From Peribolospora baueri (Eukaryota), in the NCBI GenBank assembly GCA_029717555.1, contig JAMDHS010000086.1, forward strand, positions 62,001 through 89,086: a stretch of DNA of 27,086 nt. Reading direction: 5' to 3'. Of the stretch, positions 11,299 to 21,927 are shown one piece after another (the stretch's first letter is position 1; each line of letters starts with the position of its first letter). A model generated the notes under the pieces. The model saw nothing but the letters and a program-made list of their open reading frames with translations, was not told where the DNA came from and did not search any database. The translations under genes and the position numbers were made by a program.

Positions 11299-12621
11299 GG
11301 CGAGGGAGACGGCTCGAGCGAAGAGGGCAGGCATTCGGTGCCCTACGTCTTCATGATGGGCTGTAGCTGGGATGCGTATGGACGGCAACGAAGGATGGTG
11401 TCGGGCTAGACGGAAACGGAAAAGGCGTTCCACCGGCTGATAGGAAATTCGACAGGCGGCGCACGTGATCGTGACGCTGACAGCTTGACCCTATCCGCTC
11501 GCTATCCGGCGGCTTGCTTACCTTGGACCGCCCATGCCAGAGTGTCTCTCCACCATGTCGAACCAAAGCATGGTCTCCTTCCCATCGTCGTTCCGCGCAT
11601 TACCATGTCTGGAAATGAAGGCGGAAGGCTCCAGTGCGCCGGTCATGGTCTTCTCAGCGATGGCCGCGAACGTAAAGGGCCGACGATGCTGAAGGACCTT
11701 GTGCTCTCATGGGCGAGGAACGCACAGGTCGTATCAGCCCCACTACCAGTGCGGGCGACATGTCCCAACGACCTTCTCGCACTATCAAGTAAAACTCCGG
11801 GGCTCGGCGATTAGTGCAATGCAAGTTCTATGATCTGCCGTGCACTTTCAACTCGATCATCTCCGTGCTCCGTGCCCAGCTAGAGGCTGGCCCCAGGCTT
11901 GGTGCCCTCGAATGCTTACGCCTCAATGAATGGCAAATCTCGAGCACAGGGAGGATACTCGCTTTCCAAAGCAAAATCACGACCAGAAGCAGCTCGATCT
12001 GTTGTCCAGACCGAAGGGGACGGCGCGCGGAGTCGGGCTCGACCGCGCCGCAAAACTCTTCCGGGAGCGGTGAGGCTCAGCATCGACCTCACTTTCGAAG
12101 GGTCGGCCGATTCCTTTCAGTCAGGTTGTTTACAAAGTTTCTTTCCGGCGCTTGAAGTCGTGTGGCCCGGTCGGATGGGCTTCCAGATCGAGACCATGCT
12201 GCCCGCCCCTGCCCGAGCAGACGGGCCATCTGCGCTTCAAACTGGAGCGGAATGGATGAGTGAGTGTTTTACAAGGGCGTCATGGACAACGCCGTACGGC
12301 GCGTTGAAGCGACGTGACTCTGTAGCAGCCGAGTGTGGACGGAATTTTGAAATTGGCACGGACGCGGAGATGAAGCAGGGCGAGCTATGATGGTTGGATT
12401 CACGAAGGGGGTTGTCTTTCCGGTTCCCGTTCCAAAGCACGACGGGACTCGATCAAAATTCGACGGACGTGTAACGACGACGACACGAATGCTCGAGTGG
12501 ACGGCGTCCTGTTTTTACCTTCCCATTTCCATTTTTGGGTATCCGCGGGGTCACGACGACGGTGTACAAAGACTGTACTGGGCGGTACAGTCGAGAAAAC
12601 TTCCTTTCACCGGCGTGCGCT

Positions 12622-15600
12622 TCACTTAGTCCTCATCAGCCGAAGCACCGCCTCGCGCTCCGTCTGCCGCACGCCCGCCGTCTCCGCTTCCTCCGGGCTC
12701 CCGGACACCTGGAGGCCATAGAAGATGAGCTTCTCCAGCACGGTGGCCAGGTTCGCCAGCTGGACGGCTGGATAGCGCGACTGACGGATGGAAGCCTGTG
12801 AGGCGTACTCGGTCGCGGCATTGAGGCGAACGATGGCTAACGTCTGCAGGGCGACATGCATCATGAGAAGAAAGAAGAGGCCGCGTGAGCTTCCGTCTCG
12901 CCAATTTTTCCATCGGAGAGAAAAAGAAAGAAATCTGGAGTGCGCGGACTCGCCTGCGTCAGCTCTCCAAACTTGTCTGCGTATAGTTTGCTTTCTTCTG
13001 GCGTAGCGCCGGCGCTCCGGGCGGTCTCGGCGAGAAAGTCTACGTCAACCTCAAAGGCCGAGAGCCCGTCGGGGCTGATGGCGGGCTCGTCCTTGGACAG
13101 CAGCATGACCTGCGACGGACGTCGCCATTAGAGAGCGAAGGAGGCGACATCATGTTAGCCACGGAGGAACCCCGACCAGGAAGAGGAGAGGACTGGTGCG
13201 CGTCCATTTACGCTCAGAGGCGACCTTGGGGCGGCACACGCACCTTCATCTCGGCAGCGACGTGCGCCCATGCCTCTGCGTACACGTGCGTCCACGTCTC
13301 CTTCGGCAGCCCGACGAGGACGCTGGCCATGATGGTGTTGAGCCAGTCCACCATGTCCTGTAGGCACAAGCTCCGCTCCGGTTTTGCTGCCGCCCGTGAT
13401 CGAGGTGGCGGACACCAGTCGTACTCGGCGATGCCGAAGAATTGATCCAGCTTGGCAGCGACAACGGCGTGAATGCGGGACCGAGCGGCGACGAGCGTTT
13501 CGCCGAAGGAGGCCGTCGCTGTCAGATGGACTCGTCCACCACGGTGAGGCGCACGAAGGGCGGTGAGGAGGCCTTCGAACTCGTCGCAAGCGAGACCAAA
13601 GTATTCGGCATTGAGCACAGTCTGCACGAGCTGCGACAAGTTGGACATTGTGGCGAGACCTTTGCTCATGGCCTCGGAGATTTGTTTCGTCAGAAGGTCG
13701 TCCAGGGACTGGGCGGCGGCGAAGGAACGACGTCAGCAAGCGAAAACGTCGTGGGTCGCCATGTTCCATTCACTTCTGACGGCAGCGCTTACCTTGCGAA
13801 GGATGTCGTCGATGTCTCGATGTTTCTCCGCAAATCCTTCGGAGAAGGCGTAATACTTCTTGACAAAGTCGCGGACTTCCATGCATACGAGCGGGTACAA
13901 GTTGGAGAAGGGCAAGGTGAGAGGGAACGCTTGCCTGTGATTTGCGAGAAACCCATCAGAAAGGGATCAAAGTCAGCAGCAGGGTTCCCTAGTCCGACAA
14001 GGGGCCAGCCACCCACGTCTTTAGGCGGTCGGCTTCTCCGGGTTTGAGCCATGATACGGCCAAGACCTTTGCGAGGTCCTCTGGGATGTCGATGACCATG
14101 GGCTGGTGGTCTTCCTCTCGCTTGCCCTGCAGGCATCATCACCGCGCGAGTCAGCGAACATGGACGGAAGACGGGACGGGGCGGCGGGTCGAGGTCGACT
14201 CACCTGCTTCAGGTCCTCCAGAATGCTGTTCAGGAGCAGTTGCGAATATCGCTCGAACAAGGTCAGAAGGAGCGCGTTCAATTTTTCCACAGAGAAAGAA
14301 TAGCCCTGGGTCCGCGCGTGTGCGTTCGATACCAAGGGAAAGGAAAGAGATCCCGTCAGTGTGGGAGCCGCCGACAAAAGGCAGTCGACGGGATGCGCGC
14401 GACACACGTAACACGCACCTCGAGCGTCTGGATGAACGTGACGATAGCGCTCTTGGTGCTGACGAACACTTCGAGGTCCGCATCGGCGCGGAGGCCGTTA
14501 CTGACGATTTCTACGACGCGCTCGCACATGGTATCCCAGAGGTCGTCGACCTCCTGCTCGGAGCGGAATCCATCGGGAGTGGAACGGAGGACGTGGGACT
14601 CGACGAGGAAAAAGCCGACGACCTCTTCAAGAAGAGCGGGGAAAGTGGGGTTGGAGGGATGGAAGGAGAGACCTTTAGAGAGCAGCAAGTCGGCTTGTGC
14701 CTGGGAGGAGCGCGCCGTCAGCGGAGCGTGTCCTCATTCGGGCCCTGCGATGTGGAGCGCATAGGGGTTCAAGGACTCACTCTCCGATCCGCCTGGTAGT
14801 TGTTCTGCAACTCTTCTCGGGCGTCGAGGACGTCATAAATGTGGATGGCTTGGTACAGCGGTCGGAAATCGATGCGAACATGCTCGTTGTCCATAAAATT
14901 GTCTGAAGGTGCCGTGGAGAAGAAGCGAGTGGCAGGAGGTCAACACTGGTCGATGGGCGGTTGACTGGCGGAGAAGGACAAACTCACATTCGATCCTCTC
15001 GTTCAGGACAAGCTCTATTGGCGAATTGACCTGAGCCAACTTGAGCCTCGGCTCAGCGTCCTGCTTACGCTTCCATCTCCGCTGTCGGGATTCCATGCCA
15101 TCGAGCGCCATCCTGCCAACGGTGTGCGAGACGTTGCGAACTTCGTAGAGCCACTCCTTCATCTCGCGCGTGACGGTCTCCTTGACCTGCAGCCGCATAA
15201 GCGGGATCGAGTCGAGCATGAGCTTGGCAAAGTCGAACTGCAGCACGGCCTGGAGGTGGATGGACTCGAGCTCTTCGAGGGACTGGTGGGACGGGCGCCG
15301 CCAGAGAGGATGGGGAAGATGAGCGAGCAAAAATGAAAGAAATAAAAAGTTCGCGCTAGCACGGCTCACCCTCAGCGCAGGGTAATATCTCCGGGCCTCG
15401 ATTTGACTGGAGACGCGATTGGCAATGTCCAAGACGCGCAGGCAAGCCTGGAGAGTGTCGATGGCCTCGTCCACGTTACGTGCTACCGCTCGGGCGTCGA
15501 GGAGGTCGCGTTTCTGAGAATGAAATGAAGGAGGGAGGCGGGCGGGCGGCGTAAGCGTTACGACTTACGAGCTTTTCTCACGTCTCTTCCGAGGTGTGCT

Positions 15601-16411
15601 CGACGGGAAAACGGACCTTGGCACCCAAGGTCTTTCCGCCCTGCTGAATGTCCTCGTTCAGTTCTCCAATCCGGTGTCTCAGGCTCACGGTCCCTTGTCG
15701 GACCTTGAGCAGCTTGTCAACTGCAGACACAAAGTCCTGAGGATCGGCAACGCGGGGCGGCGGGGAAGAGAAACGAGGATCGTAAGCGAGAACAGGGGCG
15801 ATGCAACGACGACGAGGAGCTTCGCCGAACGACCGTCTTCTCTTCCCACCCTCCTGCCTTCCCCACCTCGTCAACGCACGCACCTGATAATTATCGTTAC
15901 AAACGCCCTCAATCTCCGCCTCCTTATCCCTAACAAACGAGGCGAGCAAGCGAAGGAAGGCGTCCTGTCTTCCCGACTCGTCGAGGGACTTTATCATCGG
16001 GCCCAGTTGCTCCAGGTTCCCGTCCTCCTCTCCTCCCATCGCTCCCATCGCTCCCACTCCCGCTCCCGCTCCAGCACCACCTCCGTGCCCGGTTATCTCG
16101 CCCCCGCCCGCTCCACCGCCACCGCCGGCGCCCGGGCCGATGCTACCGGAGCGTCCGGAGCGTCCGGCGGAGGTAGAGGAGGCAGCGGCGGCGGCGGAGG
16201 AGGAAGAGGCGTCAAGGTCACCAAAAAGCGTAAGCTGTTCCATCATCTGGTTCAACGACAGGTCTGCCGGGCCGGGATGTCGTCGGCCTGGTCGGGGCGG
16301 GGCGCCGGCGCTGGACGGCGAGGCGAGGGTAGGCGAGAGGACGGTGGTGGCCGACGGTGCGGCCCTACCACCATTCTCGTTTCTGTTCGAGCCGGCGATG
16401 GCGGACGTCAT
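12622..16411 (-). CDS. SEC15: Exocyst subunit Sec15 (EXOC6), multi-exon
   Basis: Spliced product contains NLEQLGPMIK, KEAEIEGVCNDNYQDFVSAVDKLLKVR, IDFRPLYQAIHIYDVL..ELQNNYQADRRAQADLLL, LLEEVVGFFLVE, LPFSNLYPLVCMEVRDF and KLDQFFGIAEYDW. Confidence 0.93.
12844..12953 (-). other. GC-AG intron in SEC15 (110 nt)
   Basis: Donor CAG|GCGAGT, acceptor CTGCAG. A phase-0 join links two open frames to give KFGELTQ-TLAIVRL. Confidence 0.75.
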
Positions 16412-16570
16412 CTCGGACTAGATCTCGATGACCGTGGCGGGGCGGTGGCAGACATGTACATGTGCGAGGGCGATCCGTCGGGTCGCAAACCGAGACGAGG
16501 CCGCTACCTCGGTCGTCACGGGCGGCGCCGACTGGGAGGTGAGGAAAGGTGGTGGAGACTCGGCTGGGCT

Positions 16571-16595
16571 GGGATGGGATGGGATGGGATGGGAT
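16571..16595. repeat. (GGGAT)5 microsatellite upstream of SEC15
   Basis: Read directly from the sequence. Confidence 0.95.
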
Positions 16596-17460
16596 GTACG
16601 TGTGCGTGGGGGAACGACGGACGACGGACGAGCGCATGTGGGAGCATCATCATCTCGTCTCGTCTCGTCGACCTATCGACGTCGGCTGCGGCGGCCGCGG
16701 CGCGGTGGTGATCCTTGGCGCATGGGCCACCTCCGGATTCCGGAGAGGATGATGGGGGGATACAAGCGTTACATTGCGCATAATCGTCTGAGAACCACCA
16801 GATGCCCATGCCATGCCATTACAACCCTCACGACGTCGAGGAAGGAAGACATCGTCAAGGAGGAGCAATAACTAAACCCTTAGCCCCTCCCTACCTTTTT
16901 TCTTTTTCTCTCCCTCAACCGTCAGGCTATGTGGCCATCCTCCCTTCACACACTTCGCCGTTTCAAGCCCTTCTCTTCTACAAAAACGTAGCCGTTCCAT
17001 TTATTTATTCCATCGAATTCAGCCAACCCATCTGCATGGTTCCGGTCATGACCATACACAGTGCCTGTATCCTTAAGCCCGTCTCCGTCTTTCGGTCCAC
17101 TTGTCTCTCCCACCCCCCCCCCCCTTTCTATCCCTCACTTCTCTCGCCTGTTCGTCGCATATGGCCCAAGACAAACTCAGTTCCCCTTGGCGGGCCATCG
17201 TCTATTGGCACGTCGAAACGAACCTCCCCATATTCAGACGAGGCGAGCGTGCAGGTGCCGTTTCTAGACATGGTACGTATCCACTGAGAGTTGAACTCAG
17301 ACTTACGTCCGTCCGTCTATCTGTCAGTCTGGTCCTCCGTACCGTGTTCTCACATTCCTACGCAAGTACCGTACGTACGCAGCGTCGACGGCGTGGGATC
17401 GATGGGATGGGACAGGCGGGATCAACAGTCTCGTATGTTTTTGGATCGGGCGTCGTGGGT

Positions 17461-17569
17461 GGATGGATGGATGGATGGACGCGACATGGTGAGAGGATGT
17501 GGGGTGGGGGTATACGCGGCAGACGACCAGTGACGAGCAAAATGAAACGAAAAAAAAAAAAAAAAAAAA
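17461..17569. repeat. (GGAT)4 repeat and a 20-nt poly(A) tract (17550-17569) downstream of the GT32 gene
   Basis: Read directly from the sequence. Confidence 0.9.
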
Positions 17570-17824
17570 CGAAAGGCAAAAAAAGAGCACGGCCCCCGGC
17601 TGCTGAGAACGGCGTACGAGCAAGGCTAGTAGCTAGAGATTAGGGTTCCGAGTTGGATACTTCGAGCCGGAGATTGCAAGGGCCGTCCGTCGGCGGGGAG
17701 GAAAGGCCAAGAGAGGGACGATGACAGAAGGACGAAGGACGAAAGACGAACGGCGGGGCAAAGGGAGCGGATGGCCAGGACGGGCACGAAAAAAAGACCA
17801 GCTCCACCGCCTCGCCATCCCCTA

Positions 17825-20239
17825 TTACTCCCCAACCTCAGGCTCCATCTCCTCCAGCAGTCTATCCACCTGATTCTCCGCGCTCCCGTTCCCGCTCCCA
17901 TTCCGGCTCGCCGTCCTCGACGGACTCGGATACGGACGGGGGTGGTCACCGCGGTGCTGCCGTCGCCGTCGCGACCCGAATCCGACATCCGTCTCTCCGT
18001 CTTCTCGGCCGTCGGCATCCGAGACCGGTCCGGCCGCCTCGATGTCTTCGACAACGGCGGCGGGAGCGTCCGAGTCAGTTACCGAGGAATAAGGCGGCGG
18101 AGGTGGCGAAGGGGACGGTGCCACCCAGCCCGCCTTGGCCCAGCCCGGCACGGCGCGCAGGCCACGCCATGGGGAAGCGGAGAGAGGAGCGGAGGCAGAC
18201 CCGGCGATGAGGTTGGCCTTGGCGAGGGCAGCAGCGGCGACGGACGAGGAAGAGGAGGAAGAGGCGATGGCCGTCGCGTCTTCGTCGGAGAGGTTCGAAT
18301 TGGTCGCCGCGAGCTCCGGGTCGTCCGTGCCGTCCGATGTTTCGCCCGCGTCTCGGTCCCGAAACGGCCGAGCACGGACGCGGAGGGCGATCGGCGCGGC
18401 GTGGTGCGTCGTCGTCGCGCGCCTGCTTCGAGGGACCGCGGACAAGGGGGGGGAGGAGGAGGAGGAAGACGAAGGCCGGAAGAATGGAAGGTAGGAGAGC
18501 CAGCCGGTGCGCCCGCCGCCGGCTCCTCCTCCTCCACCACCCGCCCCGGGCGCCCATGGGGCCGGGGAAGAGGGGGTACTGCCGATGGGCGAGGCGCCGC
18601 CGGCGATACTGCCAGACGAGGCGCTCAGGGAGGAGGGGTAGAAGACGGCGGGGAGATAGAGGACGCCGGCGCCGCTCCTGCGCCTGGGCGGGCCCGCGGA
18701 GCCGTCGACGTCGGAAGCGCCGCTGGCGCGCGAAGAGGGGCGCGAGAGGGACTGGCCGATGTAGGCCAGCACCGAGGACGGTCCGCCGGTGTCCGAGTCG
18801 CCGACCTGGAAAAGAGGCAAAGAGAGTCGAGTGGGCAAGGGCGCGATGGGAGGTTCGGAGGCGGCGGTGGTCACGGAGGAGGAATGGCGGTGATGCCGGT
18901 GGACGGCATGGGCGAAGGAGGGAACGATGGGCGTGGTGCTGAGGGGCAGGTAGCCGCCGCGAGCGGCGCGAGATCGGGAAAAGCCGTACTGAGCGAGGTA
19001 GGCAAGCGCAGACGGGACGATGACGCGGAGGGCGCCGTAGGCGAGGATGGCGGCGGCGACGAGCATGAGCAAGCGTCCGTGGCGTCCGAGGAAGGTGATG
19101 AACCAGGCGTCGTCGGCGTGCCAGCTGGAGCCGTAGAAGTGGCTGAAGAAGGCGTCGGGGGCCTCGCCGGGCTTTGCGTTCTTACCGTACAGGCTCTTGG
19201 GGAGGACGCGGACGCCGTTGAAGCCGGCGTAGGGATGGGAGGGGATGGAAGGGGTGGCAGGACCGTGAGCGTCGACGTAGATGACGTACTGGGCGGAGAG
19301 GAACATGGGACCGGTGGAGAACATGACGGTGGGGTAGTTCATGACAAAGTCGTGATCAAAGGTGACGAGGTTGTGGATGACGAGATCCATGAACGGGTGG
19401 CCTTGGGCGCTGAGCATGACGTCGTTGCTGATGCCGACGGGGATGGTCTTGGGCAAGATGACTTCGAAGCGGAGGAGGGGGTCGAGGCGGCGTTTGCAGC
19501 CGACGTCGAGGTCCATGTAGACGCCGCCGTAGTGGTGGAGGACAAAGTAGCGGATGGCGTCGGCGCGCTGGATGTTGTACTGGTAGCCATCGAAGACGGG
19601 GAGGAACCAGGGATAACGTTCGGCCAAGAAGTCGCGGGACTTTGCGTCGGTCCAGAGCATGTACTCGTAGTCGGGATGCATGGCGGCGCACTGGTCTCGA
19701 ACCTCCTTCCACCTCGGCGGGAGCACGTCGTCCTTCCAAGTCTGGTGGATGATGCGAGGGATGCGCTCAGGGGGGTGAAGAGAGGCATTCCAGGTCGCTG
19801 CTGGGTTGGCGGCGAGGGAGGTCAAAGGGGAGGCGTCGTCCAAGGACGAGGGCGGACCCTCGAGGCCGTGGTCGAGTAAGGAGCCGGCGTGAGTGAGGGC
19901 GCCCTTGACGGCGTCGACGGAATTGACGGCCTGAGAAGACGAGGAGACGGGGGTGCCCGCGCGGGCATCGGCGTCGACATCGACATCGACATCGGCTGGG
20001 CCGTGGTTGTGCCACCAGGAAGACCAGAGGCCAGGGCCGAGGGGCCTGGGTTGGCCGGACTGGACGAGGTCGCGGGTGGGGAGGAGTTCCTGGGGGAGAA
20101 TGTAAGCGGACTGGTCGATGGAGAAGTAGGAGCGGACGGTGCCGAGGACGAGGAGGGTGCCGAGGAGGACGAGGGCGAGGAGAACGAGGAGGATGGTGCA
20201 GGTGGACCGGGGCCGCCTGGGGCGGGGGAGAGAAGGCAT
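17825..20239 (-). CDS. Glycosyltransferase family 32, SUR1/CSH1-like mannosyl-inositolphosphoceramide (MIPC) synthase, ~804 aa, intronless
   Basis: N-terminal TM anchor (TCTILLVLLALVLLGTLLVLG); IPRIIHQTWK; HPDYEYMLWTD; IQRADAIRYFVLHHYGGVYMDLDV (DxD motif); STGPMFLS; FFSHFYGSSWH; a second TM; then a long low-complexity tail. The first ATG in the open frame is at 20239. Confidence 0.9.
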   Translation of the reverse strand: MPSLPRPRRPRSTCTILLVLLALVLLGTLLVLGTVRSYFSIDQSAYILPQELLPTRDLVQSGQPRPLGPGLWSSWWHNHGPADVDVDVDADARAGTPVSSSSQAVNSVDAVKGALTHAGSLLDHGLEGPPSSLDDASPLTSLAANPAATWNASLHPPERIPRIIHQTWKDDVLPPRWKEVRDQCAAMHPDYEYMLWTDAKSRDFLAERYPWFLPVFDGYQYNIQRADAIRYFVLHHYGGVYMDLDVGCKRRLDPLLRFEVILPKTIPVGISNDVMLSAQGHPFMDLVIHNLVTFDHDFVMNYPTVMFSTGPMFLSAQYVIYVDAHGPATPSIPSHPYAGFNGVRVLPKSLYGKNAKPGEAPDAFFSHFYGSSWHADDAWFITFLGRHGRLLMLVAAAILAYGALRVIVPSALAYLAQYGFSRSRAARGGYLPLSTTPIVPSFAHAVHRHHRHSSSVTTAASEPPIAPLPTRLSLPLFQVGDSDTGGPSSVLAYIGQSLSRPSSRASGASDVDGSAGPPRRRSGAGVLYLPAVFYPSSLSASSGSIAGGASPIGSTPSSPAPWAPGAGGGGGGAGGGRTGWLSYLPFFRPSSSSSSSPPLSAVPRSRRATTTHHAAPIALRVRARPFRDRDAGETSDGTDDPELAATNSNLSDEDATAIASSSSSSSVAAAALAKANLIAGSASAPLSASPWRGLRAVPGWAKAGWVAPSPSPPPPPYSSVTDSDAPAAVVEDIEAAGPVSDADGREDGETDVGFGSRRRRQHRGDHPRPYPSPSRTASRNGSGNGSAENQVDRLLEEMEPEVGE

Positions 20240-20540
20240 GGCGGGGGGGGGTGGTGGTGGTGGTGAGAAGGAAAGGGAGCGTAATGGCGGCGACGAGGTG
20301 GTGGTATGGAGTCGTCGGGTCGGGTCAGTCGGTTCAGGTCGACTGTGCTCTGCCCTGGCTCTGGCCTTGACCTGCTCGTCCGACGCGGTACTGCCTCCTT
20401 CTTCCACGCGCGCGGGCCGGGGGGTCGTCGGGCGGAAGCAGAGCGGCGGGGAGTGAGACCGACGGGATCGCGCGCCGAGTAACGGTTTACGATATCCGGG
20501 TACAGTAAGGAACGGAACGTTGACTTGTGCTGAGCCGGCC

Positions 20541-21359
20541 GGCAAGGCAAGGCAGGGCAAGGCAAGGCAGGCGTAGGCTTTGCTTCCTTCCTTTCTTTGT
20601 TTCTTGTCTCCTCGCTGGTTATCTGGACGGCGATGGCGACGGCGACGGCGATGGCGATGGTGACGACGAGCGGCCACGGTGGGGGTCGCGCGACAAGACG
20701 GGGCGGCCGGAGAGCGGAGAGAGGAAAGGACAGGGGGTCACGCTGCCATGTATGAGTGGGAGGGAGAGGGAGGAGGTTGGGGGGATGAGATGGCGATGGC
20801 GATGGCGATGACGAGGGTTGGGGGATGAGGTAGCGATGACGAGGGAACGAAGGAAGGAACGACGAGGCCGAGGGAACGAGCGACGGATGGCTGACGTAGT
20901 CGGACGACCTACGACGGGACGATTAGAAGGAGGCAAGGAAGGAAGGAAGGAGCGACAAGCACGACACACTCACTCTCCGTCCGTCGGTGGCTGGCAGACG
21001 CGAGCCAGACGCGGGCCGAGGACAACGGAGGGTTAGGGAGCGAGCAAGAGAGAAACAAAAGACGAGGAGGCGAGACGACGGAGCAAGGCAGGCACGTCAA
21101 CACGCCAGCCGAGCCGCTCGGCCAACTTGGACGCTTCTTGGCTTGGCGACCGACGGACATGCGCGGACACGACGCACACGCAGACGCAGGAACGGCGTTG
21201 GTCCTATCAGCACGTCAGCACGGCCACAAGGCGGACCAACGGAAGACGGAAAGAAAAAATAATGGCGAAAATAAAAAAAATCAGCTGCGCAGTTCAGTTC
21301 GGCCGGCCGGCCCGCCACCCATCGTCACTCGGCTCCCGTCTCCGTCTCCGTCTCCGTCT
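20541..21359. repeat. Cluster of short tandem repeats in the divergent intergenic region: GGCAA-like (20541-20570), GAYGGC (~20630-20660), (GATGGC)3 (20789-20810), (CCGTCT)4 (21336-21359)
   Basis: Read directly from the sequence. Confidence 0.9.
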
Positions 21360-21473
21360 CCATCGCTTGTCAGCGCACGCACTGCGCGCGGCATGCCGAG
21401 CGCTCCGGCCCGCTCGCTCGCTCCCCACTCGGCCCCGTTCGAACCTCCTCCCACCGCAGTACCATTATGGTTC

Positions 21474-21483
21474 TTAGGGTTAG
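21474..21483. promoter_or_regulatory. Telobox-like motif TTAGGGTTAG (second copy AGGGTTAGGG at 21029-21038)
   Basis: Telomere-repeat permutations inside the divergent promoter region. The sequence is seen directly; function as a Tbf1/Tay1-type site is inferred. Confidence 0.35.
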
Positions 21484-21927
21484 TTCAGGGCTACGCCATG
21501 CCACCGCGATCACGCTTGAAGCGAAACGAATCGAATCGAGAGGCCACTCGGATCTCTTGGCAGCCGGCCCAAGGCGTGTCCGTTCCGTGCCAATCTGGGC
21601 CCCAGTCGTGCCGTGCAGACCCATGTCCACACGACCAAGCAGAACGAACGCGGCGGTCGTGTGCGATGCCGCGTCGGTCGTCTCGCCGTTAGTCGCACAA
21701 CTAACGAAAACGAAACGAGCGAAAATGGACGCCTCGCTAAGTGAATGGCCTAAGTCGGACGGGCCCGCCTACTGCGTCCCTTGCCCGCAGGACGGATTCC
21801 ATTTCCATGCTGCGGCCAGACGCCCGCAGCCTCGGCCATCCACGCATAGCAGCTTGCTGCATATTAACATCTGCCACAGCCCACCCCATCGCGCCCGGCG
21901 GCCAAGCGACGGAGCGAGGGAGCGACG

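Noticed and set aside
11441..11455. GGAAATTCG resembling RNase P RNA conserved region I
   Set aside because: No matching CR-V or P4 partner could be identified, and the match is too short.
15596..16711. 371-aa plus-strand ORF
   Set aside because: Antisense to SEC15 exons 1-2 and to repeats; low complexity.
16721..17350. Short ORFs between SEC15 and the GT32 gene
   Set aside because: No coherent exon chain or protein motif found.
17771..19879. 702-aa plus-strand ORF
   Set aside because: Antisense shadow of the GC3-rich GT32 gene, with G/R/V/D-biased sequence and no recognisable domain.
20240..20677. 146-codon in-frame extension upstream of the GT32 ATG
   Set aside because: It starts at GTG, translates microsatellites, and would bury the N-terminal signal anchor. 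More likely a GC-rich 5' leader.
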